A stretch of DNA of 64,000 nucleotides, taken from Callorhinchus milii (Eukaryota). Positions 35,901 to 50,900 of this stretch are shown here, piece by piece; within the stretch, counting starts at the first letter, position 1; the number at the start of each line of letters is the position of its first letter. The translations under genes were made by a program, and so were the position numbers. The stretch lies in the NCBI RefSeq assembly GCF_018977255.1, contig NW_024704743.1, forward strand, positions 24,120,001 through 24,184,000, read 5' to 3'. Under the pieces are notes generated by a model. It had not been told where the DNA came from, ran no database searches, and saw only the letters and a program-made list of their open reading frames with translations.

Positions 35901-38900
35901 ACCTCATTTTGCAAATGGTTTATCAGTTTAGAATGAATACAGTTTTGACTTTAATTATAAAGAATTTAAATCATAATCTATTATATCATTTTCAAACTCC
36001 ATGCCTAGTCAAATTAGTTCCTGACGTTTATCATTTGAAGAAAAAGAATATAAAACTAAGAAATGGGATTAGAGGAATTATCTACAAGGGATGAACTAGC
36101 AACATTTTAGGCTGTACGAACCAAATGGTCTTCTAAGGTGTAATTTCTATGATGCTATGAAAACAACCTGTTTGATGTTGAACAATAGTACAACATACCC
36201 AGAACCTTCAATAGGGTTATTAGATTGAATGGTTATGTAATTCCAATTATAGTTGGACCCCGTTATCCACAGATGCAGACTCCACCTCACCAAGCCAGTC
36301 AGTAACCTGGGCATCTTGTTCGACCCTCAACAATCGTTTCTCCCCCATACCCGTGCCATGCCCCCACTCTGCATTCCCCCACCTCCGCAACATTGCCCGA
36401 CTCCGCCACTGCCTCAGCCCGCCAAAACCCTCATACACGCATTCATCACCTCAAGGCTCAACTACAGAAACTCCCTCCTTGTCGGTCTCCCCAACTCTTC
36501 CCTCCACAAGCTGCAGATCATCCAGAACTCTACAGCTCGCGTCCTCTCCCGCACCAGGCTCCATGATCCCATCACCGCCACCCTCGCCCGGCTCCCCTGA
36601 CTCCCCATCCCTCAGAGGATAGAATTCAAAATCCTCATCCTCATTTTCAAGGCCCTCCATGGCCTTGACCCCTCCTACATTTCTGATGTGCTGACCCCCA
36701 ATCAACCTGTCCGCTCCCTGCGTTCAGGAGGCTCTGACCTGTTCCACATCTCCAGCCCGACCCGCCCTACCATCGGCATCCCAGCTTTCAACCTCTCTAC
36801 CGCCACCCTTTGGAACTTCATCCCACAATCCCTTTTGTCTTGCTCCCTCCCTTGCCTCCTTCAAGGCACAACTCAAAAGCCCTGCTTTTCGACCGTACCT
36901 ACAGCCGCCCTCCTACCTCTCTGCCCTCCCTTACCCCAACTCTACCCCCCACGCTTGGGTCCTGATCCCCGACTGTTCAGCACCTTGGGACGTCCTCCCA
37001 ACGTGAAAGGTGCTTTACAATTGTAATTTTGTTGTTGTTGTAACTAACTGGTAGGGGACCACAAAATGAGAACATGTTATAACAGATTGCATTAGTGTGG
37101 TGGACAGTAATCACTTCTTGAAATGTCAGGTTGCCAGGGACACTGCCACTGCATTGTGCATTCACAGGAAAGCAGGACAGCCAGCAGTGCCTGCTCTCGT
37201 AAGCATTTCCAGCAATTGCTGGGACACCAATGACATCCAGTAGTTGCTGGCATGCTGCTGACATTCTAGCCTTGCCCCTTCCTACCTCAGTGACCTGCTA
37301 CCCACTTATCAACTTGTCCGCTCAGCAAACTCCTGCCTGCTCCATGTCCCCCGCCCGGCCTGCCCCACGATTGGCGATCGGGCTTTCAGCCTCTCCGCCT
37401 CCACCCTTTGGAACATCCCACATCCCCATCGTCTTGCTCCCTCCCTTGCCTCCTTCAAGGCATGACTCAAGACCCTCCTCGTCGACTGTTCCTTCGGCCA
37501 CCATCCTCCCCTCCAATGTCCCACTCCAAGACAGTGTAACAACAGTCTATATAGAACTACCCAGGACATCTCCATAAAGGTCTGCTCTAGAGATCTTATG
37601 AATATAGATGTACAACAACCATAAAAATTTTCCCTTGAAAAATAGTACATTCCTCGAGTTTGCTGTTTATCGCTGCTCTACTGCTCCGAAATTTTAAACC
37701 ATAATTAAAAACGTGACAATAAAAAAAAGTTACTCACCCTGAATGGAAATTGCAGAGGTTTACGATAAGGCTGAAAACCAACAGGTCCACCCTGTTGCAA
37801 TATGGCCTGGTGGGCGGCATGAAGTCCTTCACCAACTACAGGTATGACATTGTTATTACGAGGTTGTTGGTTATTGTTCGCCTGCTGGTTTGCATTGTTC
37901 TCATTTTCTTCTTGGTCTCCAAGTAAATATGAGTGAAGGTCTCTGACAGAAAAAGTTCAGATGATACACTTAGAATCCTACAGCACAGAAGGAGGCTGTT
38001 CGGCCCATCGTGCCCGTAACTACTCTTTGAAAAAGCTATCCAACTCGTCCCACTCCCTCGCTCTTTTCCCATAGCCTTGTCAATTTTTTTTCATTTCAAA
38101 TATATATCCAATTCACTTTTGAAAGTTATTTTTCAATTTGCTTTCACCACCCTTTCAGGCTGTGCATTCCAGATTGTAACAACTTGCTGCGTAAAAAAAT
38201 TCTCCTCATCTCCTCTCTGGTTCTTTTGCCAATCTATACTGAATTATATGATAATTTAACCTAACAGTATAATTTGACCACCTTATATGATAATTTAACA
38301 TAACCATTAAACCTAAGAAAAATTACTTTGGTGGATGTTTATACGACTGCTATGTTTACCCAAACTTAAATCCTTCACTCAACCCGATATCAAAAATTCT
38401 GTCCAGTTAGAGAAGTTAAATCATCTGTATTTCCCAGAATTTTACTATTTGGACAACATGTATCAAAATAATTTCTAACATTAGGCATTATTGCACAGGA
38501 AATACAAAACTTAAATCTACTAGATCTAAATAACTTCTCCAAAAAAGTAGGTACATTAGTTTCCTTGGTGGCTCTTAAGATTCAAATATTCAGTAAGACC
38601 TCTTGATATCCAAAGTTCTGTAGTTTCAAAACAAAGTTTTCTTACTCTATAAGCATTTACACAAATTTGTTAAATTTCGCAAAGTAATTTTTCCTCTTTT
38701 TGATATGGCATGTTCTGATGTATTGTTCCCTGCAATCTTGCTGGTGTTCACTTGTAGCTCCTAAATAGCAGCAGCTGCTACTGTGCAAGTTAAATGTACT
38801 CCTGAAAACATTCAATTTAGCCATCATATATTCCAAAATGTTGGGCTCTACAGACAGATCTGTAGAGCAGAGCAATGAGGTAGGCAGAAGGTTCAAGAAT

Positions 38901-41900
38901 TACTCACAGCAGGTACCCGGCTGTAACAGTCCAAGCTCGCACAAGACCCTTAAGCCACTGCCTGGTGTGTCCCTGTTCCAGTAGGGCAGGCAATACCACC
39001 TGCAGGAGCAGAAGCTCCAGGGACAATTCACTGACTGGAGCATCACTACAGAGAAAACCAACAATTAAGACAGCTCTAGAAAATAATTCAAATATGCTAC
39101 TTATTTTGTGAGAAGACCACAACAGCTGCACTACTTTCCCTGATGAGCAAAGGGGTACGTTTCATTTGATGATCGTATGAACGAGAGCGTTATATTAGTA
39201 ATCCTCAATCTTTCAGCAGACTATTTGTTTACAAAAATATTGCAAAATGATCATCAGATTTTCCACCATCTTTTCTCCAATGTTAGAATTTTGTGTTGCC
39301 CGATGACTTCCATTTTTAGTTGCCTTAATCTTTCAATACCATTTACTTTTAATAATTGTCCCCATTAGTCATTGTACTCCGACTGCAGCAAAGATAAGAC
39401 TAATTGGATCAATACACTCATTTTAGTAGGGTGTGCACACCTATTCTGTGTTGCTCGATAGCAAGATAATAACACTATTGAGTCATCTGGTTTTACAACA
39501 CAGGATTAGAAATCATTCATAGGCACAAATTGTATTTAACAAAGCATCTCCTGATAACTCCACTAATTAGGAACACAAACCCCAACAGACTGTGTATGTT
39601 GCATCAATAAATATAGTAATAAATAATCCTTGCATTTGATATAGCGCTTTTCACGTCTTCTAGACGTCTCAAAGCGCTTCACAGAATATGCTGTAAAGTA
39701 AATTGACTGTATATTTGTGGGTGAAACTTGGCAACCAATTGCACATAGCAGTGTCCCACAAACAGTTGTGGATTGAATGACCAAATTATTATCCACGGAA
39801 AAGCGATCCGTCATTCGACAAAAAACTGGGTTCCTACTTACTGTTAGGTAAACAGAGGCGTGTGGAATAAGGAAACTTGCCCAAAATTTTGTCCTGCCGG
39901 GAATAGAACCCAGGTCTCTCGCTTGTGAGACGAGTGCTCTAACCATTGAGCTACAGATTCCACTGATTATACTGATTACTTGGTGTTATGAAGAGTGCCA
40001 CCAGGTAATCAGATACAATAATCTTTTAAAATGATATGAGACATGAGGAAAGAGATACACACATTCAACCACAAAGTCCTAACCTGTAAAGCATCACATT
40101 GTATGGAAGAAAATCAGGGAGAAGAGTCTTAATAATACGAATTGGTAACCAAAGCATAAGGAGTACAATGGACCCAAAGACAATCTGCAAAGAAAAGAAA
40201 AGCACTTTTAACTAAGTTTTAGAAGCAACTCTGTGACACAGACTCAAATATATTTTTCTGATATCTCAATTTCCTACTAATCAACAAAATCTACCATCTA
40301 AAGTTAGTTGACTAAATTTACTTGTTACCCTCTCAAAGTAAGTTGTCTTACTGCCAAGCTCTAATTCTCAATTAGGGGGCTACATTTTTCCCAAATCCCT
40401 GTAAGCGTTTAATAGTTGCTCTCTGTTGCAGAAGACCTGCACAATTTGATTTTCTGACTATAGGACAAGCTGTTGTGAGACGACTTGCAAAATGGAGTCT
40501 GCTTACAAGGGGTGTCTCCTGTGGACCTGCAGAAATGCAGCACACATTGGTTTGGACAGCTTCATTGGCAGGTTTCTACCCTGGAAGTGGCAGTCATTAT
40601 TTTTCCCAACCTATTATGCGGGTCTAATTCTACAGATCTGAACACCAAGTAATAAAAATGACATTGGCATCAGGTGTCGTTTTTAGTCATAGGTTGTATG
40701 ATTATCAGCACCCGAGTTGGTACAACCTAATGTTTTAATAGGCATGTTGTTCTAGTTTGACAAACCTATCCGTTCTGTGGATTGATAAGTCACTGTTTTA
40801 TGTCATTGATTGCCAGTCAATCTTCAGTCACAATTCTGTATTAAATCCATAATTAGTTTGCTATGGCAAGAATAAAAATGTGTATCCTCATAATTTTAAT
40901 GCCACTCAGCATTCCTACCTCTAAACACCTTTCTCATCCTTAATCTGGATGGAGGAAATGAGGAATATGTAACAGGATCCCATTTTATGTTTTAGAAATT
41001 GTTACCCCAACAGATATTTTCAAATAATGAATCATTTGAAACATGATTTATAAGTGCCAAGATCTTTATATCGACTGCAATTAACTAAGATACCTAAACC
41101 GTTTTCTCGTACTTTTCATTTAGATTAAGTAAATGTAAATAGGAGAGAAAGAAAGCAGGCACCAGTGCTTCCATTATTTTCTGATAATGGTGCCTTTGGA
41201 ATAATCAGGATCAGTCTATTAACCTCCTTACAACCTGACATAACCTCAGCATTAACTCCTTATAATCTTTGGTCAATTTCTACTGATTCAAAGCATTTTA
41301 AAAGATGTAATACATTCATAGTTAAAATACCTCATACCATAAGGAAGGCCTTCAAATCCATTTAATACTCTAGAATAAAGTGCATTTCCTGCAATTCCCT
41401 ATTAAGTAAGTTCTATTTGGATCATAACTTTTTAATAAACAATCATGTTTTAGCCTAAAATGGTTAAACACTGGTATAATATTTACCACAGACAGGATAA
41501 AACGTCTGAAATGCCTATAAATAGGCAGGTGAATCATCTCCTGAACCGGGTTAAAGTCTGGATCATTCAGATTCCTTAAAAACCACAAGACACCAGGTCT
41601 CAAAACCTAAAGATAGAAAAACAAAAGTAAATTGAGTTAAACTTAATTTTTTTAAAAAAAAGCAGTACACAACCACCAGTAATTCATCATAATGAATGAA
41701 TTTGATTATCAACAATAGGTACATTAAAAGAAAGCTGTGTTTACCATGTTCTGTATGTAGCAGACAGAGAAACACTGCAAAAAATGTTTTTAAGTGTCTC
41801 AAATTTAATTTGGCAGTTTTAAGTAGCAGTCTGTAGTATTAATACATTTTAAAAGAATACTCAAGAGAACATTTTAATTCCAATTATTAAATCTGACGAA

Positions 41901-44900
41901 TGATGCTAGAAACTTGTTAGATATGCATCTACAATTGGAAAAATAATAGTTCATTAAAAAAGGAAGCAACTAAAGAATAAAAATGATAAAACACTCAAGA
42001 ACAACATTTTAAAAGCTGTTTCAGTGTGAAGTAAAATTATAATGTGTTTGAGATTGAATGCTATGATATTTTAACTCATTTGCGCTTCAATTCTTCATCC
42101 TCCCGACATGAAAGGCATGATATAAAAGTAAATAGCACTAAATTCTCCAAATAAGAATGTAATTTGATTTAATTAATCCCAATATGAAAAAAAATTGAAA
42201 TCCCATCTTTCTGACACAGGAAGAAACCAATCACATGCTTAAGAATATCCAAACCAGGCAAATTACTACATATTGCCTCACACATGGAAATTTCCATTCG
42301 GATGTGCACCCTCTCCCTGGACGGACGCACCCTGCTGACCCAGCTCCAGAGAGTATCAAGTGAAGGTTGGCGAGAGCAAAACTTGGGGACCCTAGATTGG
42401 CCGTTTGGGGTATTGTCAGAATTTAACCAACTTGCCATTGAAAACACTAGTCCTAGTTGTACAAACTTCCTACTTAGTAGAACGAAGGAAGCAAAGTTTC
42501 CTACTGCTCATTCAGCTAGGACCAAACTACCAATTTAGGTTTGAGCTTTACCTTGCAGGATTAAAACAAGTTGAGCTCAAGAATTCCTGTACAGTGACCA
42601 ATCTGCCGTTCCAGGTCCCGCCAGCAACCTAGGCTGGATGGTCTGTCAGCAGTGCCCTGCTGTACAGCATACGCCCTAGCTCAGGAACTGGACTTCCAAG
42701 ATCACTACAGAGGGATGGTTTGATTCCAATATTTCATTGCCAAGCACATCACCTTAGAGTCAGCTCAGCTCCAAGGCGATCCCACTTACAGCCTCCGTCA
42801 AGGAGTCACTGCTTTGTAACTCACCTCTCTTAGTAGGAGAATAAAGGAAGCAAAGTAGAATACGTAGACCATTCCCACCAGCCAGTGCAAGAACATTGTG
42901 GTTCCAGGTGCAGACTGAAAACTCAGCTCTCGGTCTTTCAATGTAGCATCAAACATTTCCTACAGGCCAAAACACAATTATTAAAGCCTGGAATTTGTCA
43001 GGATTGATTTCAGACCCAAAACTATAGAATTGAAAAACTCTTTCAGGTATGTTCAAAAATAATTCCAGTTTTGGGCATAAAAACAGGGGAGTATAGGTCA
43101 AGTTCTGCTTGGTGTCTCAACTATTCTCCCTCCTCACTTACAGATGCTATTTTATCTCTGAACAATTCTGAAAGGCAGCAGCATCACACTGTCATTGTTG
43201 AAATTAATAGCAGAACCTTTAAGAACAAAAATATGTAATGTATTTATAGGCATTGTTGAAAACAAGATTTTTACGGAATATAGATATTAATGGTTGTGCA
43301 TCTTCAGTTTTGAAGAGTTTAGGTACACGTTTAGGGTTTTACTTGCTTAAAATACACCGAGTATTTCAGAATATATTTACGGTGAATTTAAAGGTTGTTT
43401 ACCTCAGGTTAATTAAAATCCTGCAGTTGAAAATTAGATTTTCAAATAAATCATTATTTAGAACATTGTACAGAATTCTCTCACACTTGAGCTGTACCAA
43501 AAAAATTTGGTCAATCAATCCATGACTGTTTGTGGAACGTTGCTGTGAGTATTGGCTGCTGCGTTTCACCCACAAAATACACAAGTCAATCAATACACCT
43601 TACAATATATTCTGTGAAGCGCTTTGAGACGTCGCAAAGACGTGATAAGGTACTATAACAAATGCAAGGAATAGATTAGATTATGCCATGAGTTACTCTA
43701 GGAGTGACAGGTTTCATCCTGGTACCCATACTCGAGCAGAATCCTACCATATACAGGAAAAAGAGAAGATTAGATTTATAAAGTCAATAGACACGCGTTT
43801 AGGAAATCTCATTAATTTGGGAAACCAGATTAGCGGGATGAGCTAGTAACCTAATGTACAGTCTCTTAGAGAAATGGGGCAGGGAATCATTTTTCAAGAG
43901 TAATCCTTTTGCTTTATTTTCTTCCAAAAATACTGCAAACCCTTCCCCCTCAAGCAGTACTGAAAATCTCCCCACCAGCACCACCACAAGCAATACAGTA
44001 CTATAAAATGCCCCAGAGCAATAGCACAAATCGCCTCCAGAGAGCTCTGCAGTCTTTCACAAATGTTGACATTAAAATCTTGCAACAACATTTCACTTAC
44101 TGCATAAAGACTTCGCTTCACCTCATCTAGACACACCATACATCTTCCAAAGCATCACTGCTTAAACGTTTGATAAAAACACCCGCTTACCAGGGAGCAA
44201 ATGTCAAGCCACCAGCCACATATAAGAGGAAACACACCAATTTCCACAACTACGAGCAAGGACACCTTTAAAAAAAACATAGAAAATCGATTATACTCAT
44301 TCAACTTCATAGGAAATGGATATTTTGTACTATCATACATGTCATTAGTCCTCCAAAAATCTGTTAACAAGGAACTCTACTGGTCAATTCTGAAATGTAT
44401 GCCTGAATTATTCTCATCCACTCCTCATTCATTTCAATTAATTCGGGGATTCCCAAATAACTGGACAAATTTATCCATCGCAGATCCAAAACAATTTGTG
44501 CCTACAATTGGTCTCAAAGGGTGTCCAGCACCATGGAACCACACGTTAAGAGGAAAGGAGGATATTGGATAATGTTTAGTCTGAAAATTGCTTTTTGAGC
44601 TTAGAAAGAAAAATGCTCTTGTTAGATTGTTTTACTAATTAGTAGCAGCGAAACAATGAGAAATAATCCCAATGAGTATAGTTACAAAACACATTTTTGC
44701 TATTATTCCTAGGAAGTCTTATCAAAAGCGTGGTTGGTTCATCATAAATTAGGTTTCTATAAATTAGGATTTTTTTAAAATTCTGGTCACCTGTAGTCGT
44801 GTTTGTGTGTGTGTATGTATAGAGCTTTTTGAAAACAGCAGAGAATATGTAAGAATATGCAAAAGAATTAAAAGATTGGATGGAAAATGTTTTCAACAAA

Positions 44901-47900
44901 AGTATATTAGCCTTTAACTTTATTTAATAGATGTACAGTTCACCGATTCTTTCACATCTTAAAGTGACATTACCTTAACAACAATGTAGCATACGCCCAA
45001 TAAACGTCGTGATCGCTGGAACTTCACCAGTGCAGCCAGGGCCTGTGCAGTTAAGTCAAGCAAAACCAACCAAACACACGAGAAATCAACAATAAACAAT
45101 TCTGCAACAAGTGCAAATCAAACGGAGTAACACTAAACATTTATGTTTCAAATACGGCACCAAAACTTGGCCAGTTAAAATCAAATACTGTAAGTAACTC
45201 TACAGGTGCTGTATATTTTTAATCTATTCATTCCTACTAATTCTCCTCCTCCCTCCATCTACTATCGAGGGGGCAGCCAATGAATTAGCCTACCCTCTAA
45301 TTGGAGAGAATGTTGATTTTTCTCCGTTTCCTGCACAAACATTTTGGTCCTCCAGTCAGTGCTTCCCAAGATAAATTCTTACAGCACATCAAACACAAGA
45401 ACAAAATCAGAGTGCTAATGCCTTCCAAGGCCACCAAACAGAATCTGGTTTAATTTACCAATGTAGTGGAAATGGTGTCTAGAGCTTAGGCAGATTTTCA
45501 GTTTTAATTGGTTTGTTAAAATGCGAGCTGCTTGTATGCAATTGATATCTACATACAACTTGTGAACTAACTAAGTTTAAAGTGCTGAAGTTGTAATGTT
45601 GATTCTTTATTGCAGTATTGGGTGCATCCCATTATTGAGAGTGCATTTGGGAATGATAGCATTTAATAGTATTAATTATTAATCCAATTAACACTGGTAT
45701 GATGGTACACAACCGTGTGATTCAACTAGCGGCCCGCATCTAGCCCGGCGGGCGATTTTATCCAATTTGAGACCATTTCCAACAGTGCAATTCCGCTACC
45801 TCCCTCCCTGAATGTTATTGCATGGGAGCAGCAGAAACCGGTGGTTGGGAGGACACAGCGTGGAGAGTGGAAATAATACTGTCCATTGGTGCAGTCTGTC
45901 AGGAAGGCAAGCATGTCTCCTTAACCACCCTTCTGGCTCCTACCACTGCAGATAGTGAACTGCGCAGCTGATTGGGAGAGGGGGAGAGAATAGAGGGGGT
46001 AGAGAGACCGATTCAATGAGAGAGACTGTGTGAGAAGAGAAGGGGGGGGTGGGGAGCAGAGAGAAAAGGGAGCGCGGGAGGGGGACACGACCGAGGATGG
46101 ACACCAAGTGACTTGCCATTTCCTCAAAGAAAGCTCCCTCTTTTCCCAGTGAAAAACTTCTCTATGTCCTTCATTCCAACTCTCTCCCCACCCGACCTCT
46201 GAGACCTCCCGACCTGGCCGCTCGCTTTGTTGAGCAAACAGCAGCTTGCTTCATGTCCCTCCACCCCACCATCGACGTTTTGCCCCTGCTCGCTGGGGTT
46301 CCATTCCTGGAGTCTCTCAGACTCGCTCCCTCCCTCCCCTCTTTCAAGGCACGTCAAAACCTAAATCTTTGACAATGCGTTCGGTTATCTTTTCCCCTCC
46401 TCATCCCACCTCCAGCTCAGGCTCCCATTGGTTAGTGTCAAATGCTTTGAAATGTCCTTGCGATATGAAAATGATGCTGTGTAAATGCCGTAATGTTTCT
46501 GGATGGGAAACACAAAATATTGCTTCTGTGACCTGTCTCAAATAGGGAATCCAGCCCTCGGCAGCCAAAAGGCTGGACCACACATGGGGCGGGAAAAAAA
46601 AAATCAGAGTAATAGTTGCATACGATTTGCCCATATAACTACTACTGAAAGGGAAAATTAGTGAACTTTTTTTTATTAAAAAATCCCTCCAAACAAAGCT
46701 TTCTTCTACAATTTCAATGAGAACATTAATCAAGACAGAGGAAGTCCATACATTCCATCATTCAATGTTCAATTGTGAAGGTGCACCTGCAGGGATGAGA
46801 TGACCACACATATTTTTATATTCTCCCTAGTACTCTTTGCATTCCCAATAACATTTAACTCAATAACATTCAAGCAGTTATCAGAACTGTAGACACATAG
46901 TTGAAATAACTACTGTTCCCTCAACCTTCCAGTATAGTGGGAAATCAACTTTCAGGTACAAAGGATACGTGACAGACTATTAGAGTCATAGCCAGCAAAA
47001 CATAGCCAACTATAGTTGTTATCAGGCCTTCAAAATGGGAGGCTTGAACCTGCAAAAGAACACCAATTAGTAAAATGGAACGCATAGGTTACGATTACCT
47101 AATATTTCAAACTGTAAGATGTGTAATCTAATCGAGAGATCTCTTCGCTTGATTTCAATCTAATCATTCTCTTTGCTATAGATATTTACCCTGGATTTTT
47201 CTTTCAAGCAGTTTACTTTAATAACAAGATAGCTCACTTTGGTAACAATCCCTGTTAAAATGGTTTTATTTAACAAGAGAAAACAATTATGTAACCTAAC
47301 TGGTTATTTTTACTAGAATATGATGTGAGTAAGTCATAGCTTTATATTNAAAAAAACCTACGACGACTATCAACCTATTTTGATATTTCATACTTTTATT
47401 GGATTTTCATGTACAATAAATCATACTGAAAATATTTATACTTTTACACATCCACTGTCAATTATACCTATTCACTCATGCACTAATGGAAAAATTACCT
47501 TTATGCACAGTTGGTCAAGAGCAGTTATTACACAGTTTCCCTGTTATTTACACTCCACTCATTTTTCAGTGTCAATGTGATGGGAATTAATTTTGAATTA
47601 AGGGAATTAGAAATAAAGAAGTTGCTTTGGGAATTTGATATTACTAATGTTATATCGTTAATGACTATTAGCTGCTAACTTTATAAGATTTTAGTATCGG
47701 AATTAAACCTCTTCCCGTTTTGGGTGGCTGTTTTTGACATTTTTATAATGTATTTAGAAAATTAAAACCAAATAATTTCATTAAAAAGATGGATGTGCTG
47801 ACTCTCTAGCACTGCAAAGGCCCAGATTCAATTCTTCAAAAGTAGCTGATCTAAGTCATAATGAAGGCAAGTCAGTTAAGATAAGAACAAAAATTTAGAT

Positions 47901-50900
47901 GCAGTTTCATACCAAGAGAAGAAATTGCCACGCTGCACCATTTATCCTAATTAGAATTACTCCATTACCACGATAGTGGAGTTGAAAAAACTCTTTAAGT
48001 GGGAATAACTTCTGGAAAAATCAACTGTGACAAATCACATTGTCTGCAGAAAACCCTTGCATTTCACAAGTCTGCGGCTTTGACCAAAGTTGTCATCACA
48101 GCTTTAAGTATCATGGGTCAGTACAATACAGGGATTTCCTACAGATAATGCAGTTTACGTCATGAGTGCATCCGCCGGTTACATTGCTCAAGCAATTTTC
48201 AACCTCAATGAATCAGAATGAAACAAAAGAGCATTAAATGCAAGGATTATTATTGTGCATTAGCACTACCATCTTTTGTAGTGTAGCTAAATCCAACAAA
48301 TCAAAATTAATGTAAAATAAAAATCTGAGTTATTAAACCATTTTTAAAAATTGGTACTTACATACTCCTCAAAACCTAGACCAACGACGGAGAAGTGTCC
48401 AATATGATATGGACAGAATGCTGAAATGTACAAAAGTGATATTGTATCACAAAATGGTAAGTAGAGATTCCCAATTTTTTTCTTTGCTGCTACATGGTTT
48501 TAAACTGTAGGACTTTTGTTTGAAAATTGAAAAAATATGAATCACGAAAGGAAGGAGAAGGAGACTGGATAGAACAGGAGTTAGAACACATTGTCACACA
48601 CTTCATCCGAACCATCGGAACAGTGGTACAGTTCAGCCCAGTCTAGCTGAAGAAATCTATGTTAGGGTTTCTTATTACCATAATATGTTACTTTAGTTTG
48701 AGTTCTTTTTAGATATTTTCTGTATAAGAAGCCTCCGAACATTTGGGCATATTTTGTAGACAAGGCAGTGTTAAGTCAGTTAGCATGCATGCATGGAGAA
48801 ACAGAAATTTTCCACTGCAAAAACAAGAATACAAATGTTTAGGGGTTATCCTTGGTCTTTCAAGCCAGTTCCTAAACCAACCTGCTCTAAAGCAATCTGA
48901 GAGCTAAATATTTTCTGCCAGAAAGTACACAAGTGATTCTCAAAGTTATTTTAATTTAATCAACATTGAAAATAAATTCTATATTATGTAATCACATCAT
49001 TCCTTTCCTGGTCATTTCTATTTACAAACACCTGGTAAAACAAGGTCCCTGTAAATATTACCAACATAACAAAGTCCTTCCAACTCATCCAGGTCACAAG
49101 TTCAGGATCATGGGCAGATATCCAGGTACATCAAACTTGATGCAATAATACAGAGAGAGCACTTTACCAGGATGGTAAACTGAGTTTTTTTCCAAATTAG
49201 GTGATGGAAATACAGGGTGTCAGTTTCAGGTCTTGCATGAGCTTGTCAGCTGCAACCAGCTCAGTTGGTAGGGCTCACGACTCTGAATCAGAGGATTGTG
49301 TGCTGTTCCTTTTTACCCTATACCATCAACCATTTGGTGACATCACCTGCAGGGGTGGCGTACTCTTCCACATGGATTACACCCAATGCTATCTCTCTGC
49401 CTCTACTCTCAACTCTAGAACAAGCATTGTTTTGACAGATTGCCTGTTGGACAAGTCCTGGATGAGCTCCAATTTCCATCAGTTAAACAAAGACAAGTCT
49501 GAGGGTCTCCTGCTTGGCTCCTGTCAGCACCTTCTCATCTCAGGTGCTGAAAGCATCAATCGGCAGCGATGCCGATTCCACTTCATGGAGCCAATTCAAA
49601 CCCCCAAGACCCCCAAATGTCTTTCAGGCCCCACATCCAGGCTCTTACTCAGCTTTCCCTCACCATGATTACCTGCCTTTGCCACTACCTCTCCCCCTGG
49701 ACTACTGCGGCCTTCATTAATGAGTTCATTATGTCCAGGCTTGACTACGCCAACACTCTGTTTACCAGATTCCCAGTCCTCTCTACACAAGGTGTAGACT
49801 AACCAGAATTCTGCAGTCTATGTCCTTTCCCACACCAGGCTCTGAGAGCCTATCACATTGGCTCCATTGGCTCCCACCCCCTGTAGGTCGAATTCAAGAA
49901 CTTCATTCTCACCTTTAAATCCCTTTCTAGCCTCGCCCCACTCTACCTTAGCAACCTCCTACAACACTACTGGCGAGCCCCACTTCCTTCACTTGCTGGC
50001 GCTCAATAAATGTATTATGGATTCAAACCGCACATCAGAAGTTTGAGCTCAGTCTAGGCTGACAATCCAGAGTAGTTCTGGGGGCTTCTACGTTCTCAAA
50101 AGTTGCTTTGCTTCAAATTAAATATTAAATTGAGGTTTTGTTTGCTTGTTCAGGTGGATGTTAAAGATCCCATGGCATTATCTGAATTTCTCCCAGGATT
50201 TATATAGGAATGAACTCCTTTACACGAGGAGTTTAGATTCAATTACTTCCCATATGAAGGTATTTAGATTTAATTACTTTAAACACAGAGAGACAGGTTG
50301 TGCAAGTTAACTCAAGTGGGAATTAGATAGCTGTTTGATGAACAAATTGATGAATAATATCAAAGGCTATAATGTATTTTCCATGTTCTAAGTTCATTGA
50401 CATGTTTTCTTATGAACGATACTGTTGATATCAAGAGCTCACTAAATTACTGGGACTGAGGCTGGGAATTGGAAGAACACTGTGGATCTTTACAAAACAA
50501 TGCATTTGCAGCTTTTATAATTATCATAAAAGAGCTCTACGTCAAAATCTACTTACCAAATACAAGTATGAACAATGTGTTTAATGAAACCACCCAGAAG
50601 ACATGTTCCTATTGTGAAAAAATATACAAAGAAATCAGCATCTGAATGTTCACAACTGTGAATCAGTACATCTCTTCCATTTTTACCCAAACAAAATTCC
50701 ATTCCCTCTCGCTTAAGATCAGATAAATCAATATAAAGGAGAGATCAAGCCTAGGAATTTCCTAGTCTGATTGGCTCAGCTCCTTAATGAATAAACTTCC
50801 TGAGCACCATCAGAGAAAGTCAAAGAACTTTAGAAAATTATAGGAATTTACAGAAGGAGGCCATCTAGCCCATTGATCTGTGCTGGCCCCCTTATGAGTA

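Noticed and set aside
39140..39180. TGATGA box C-like motif in an intron
   Set aside because: Antisense to the host gene, with no box D or terminal stem evident
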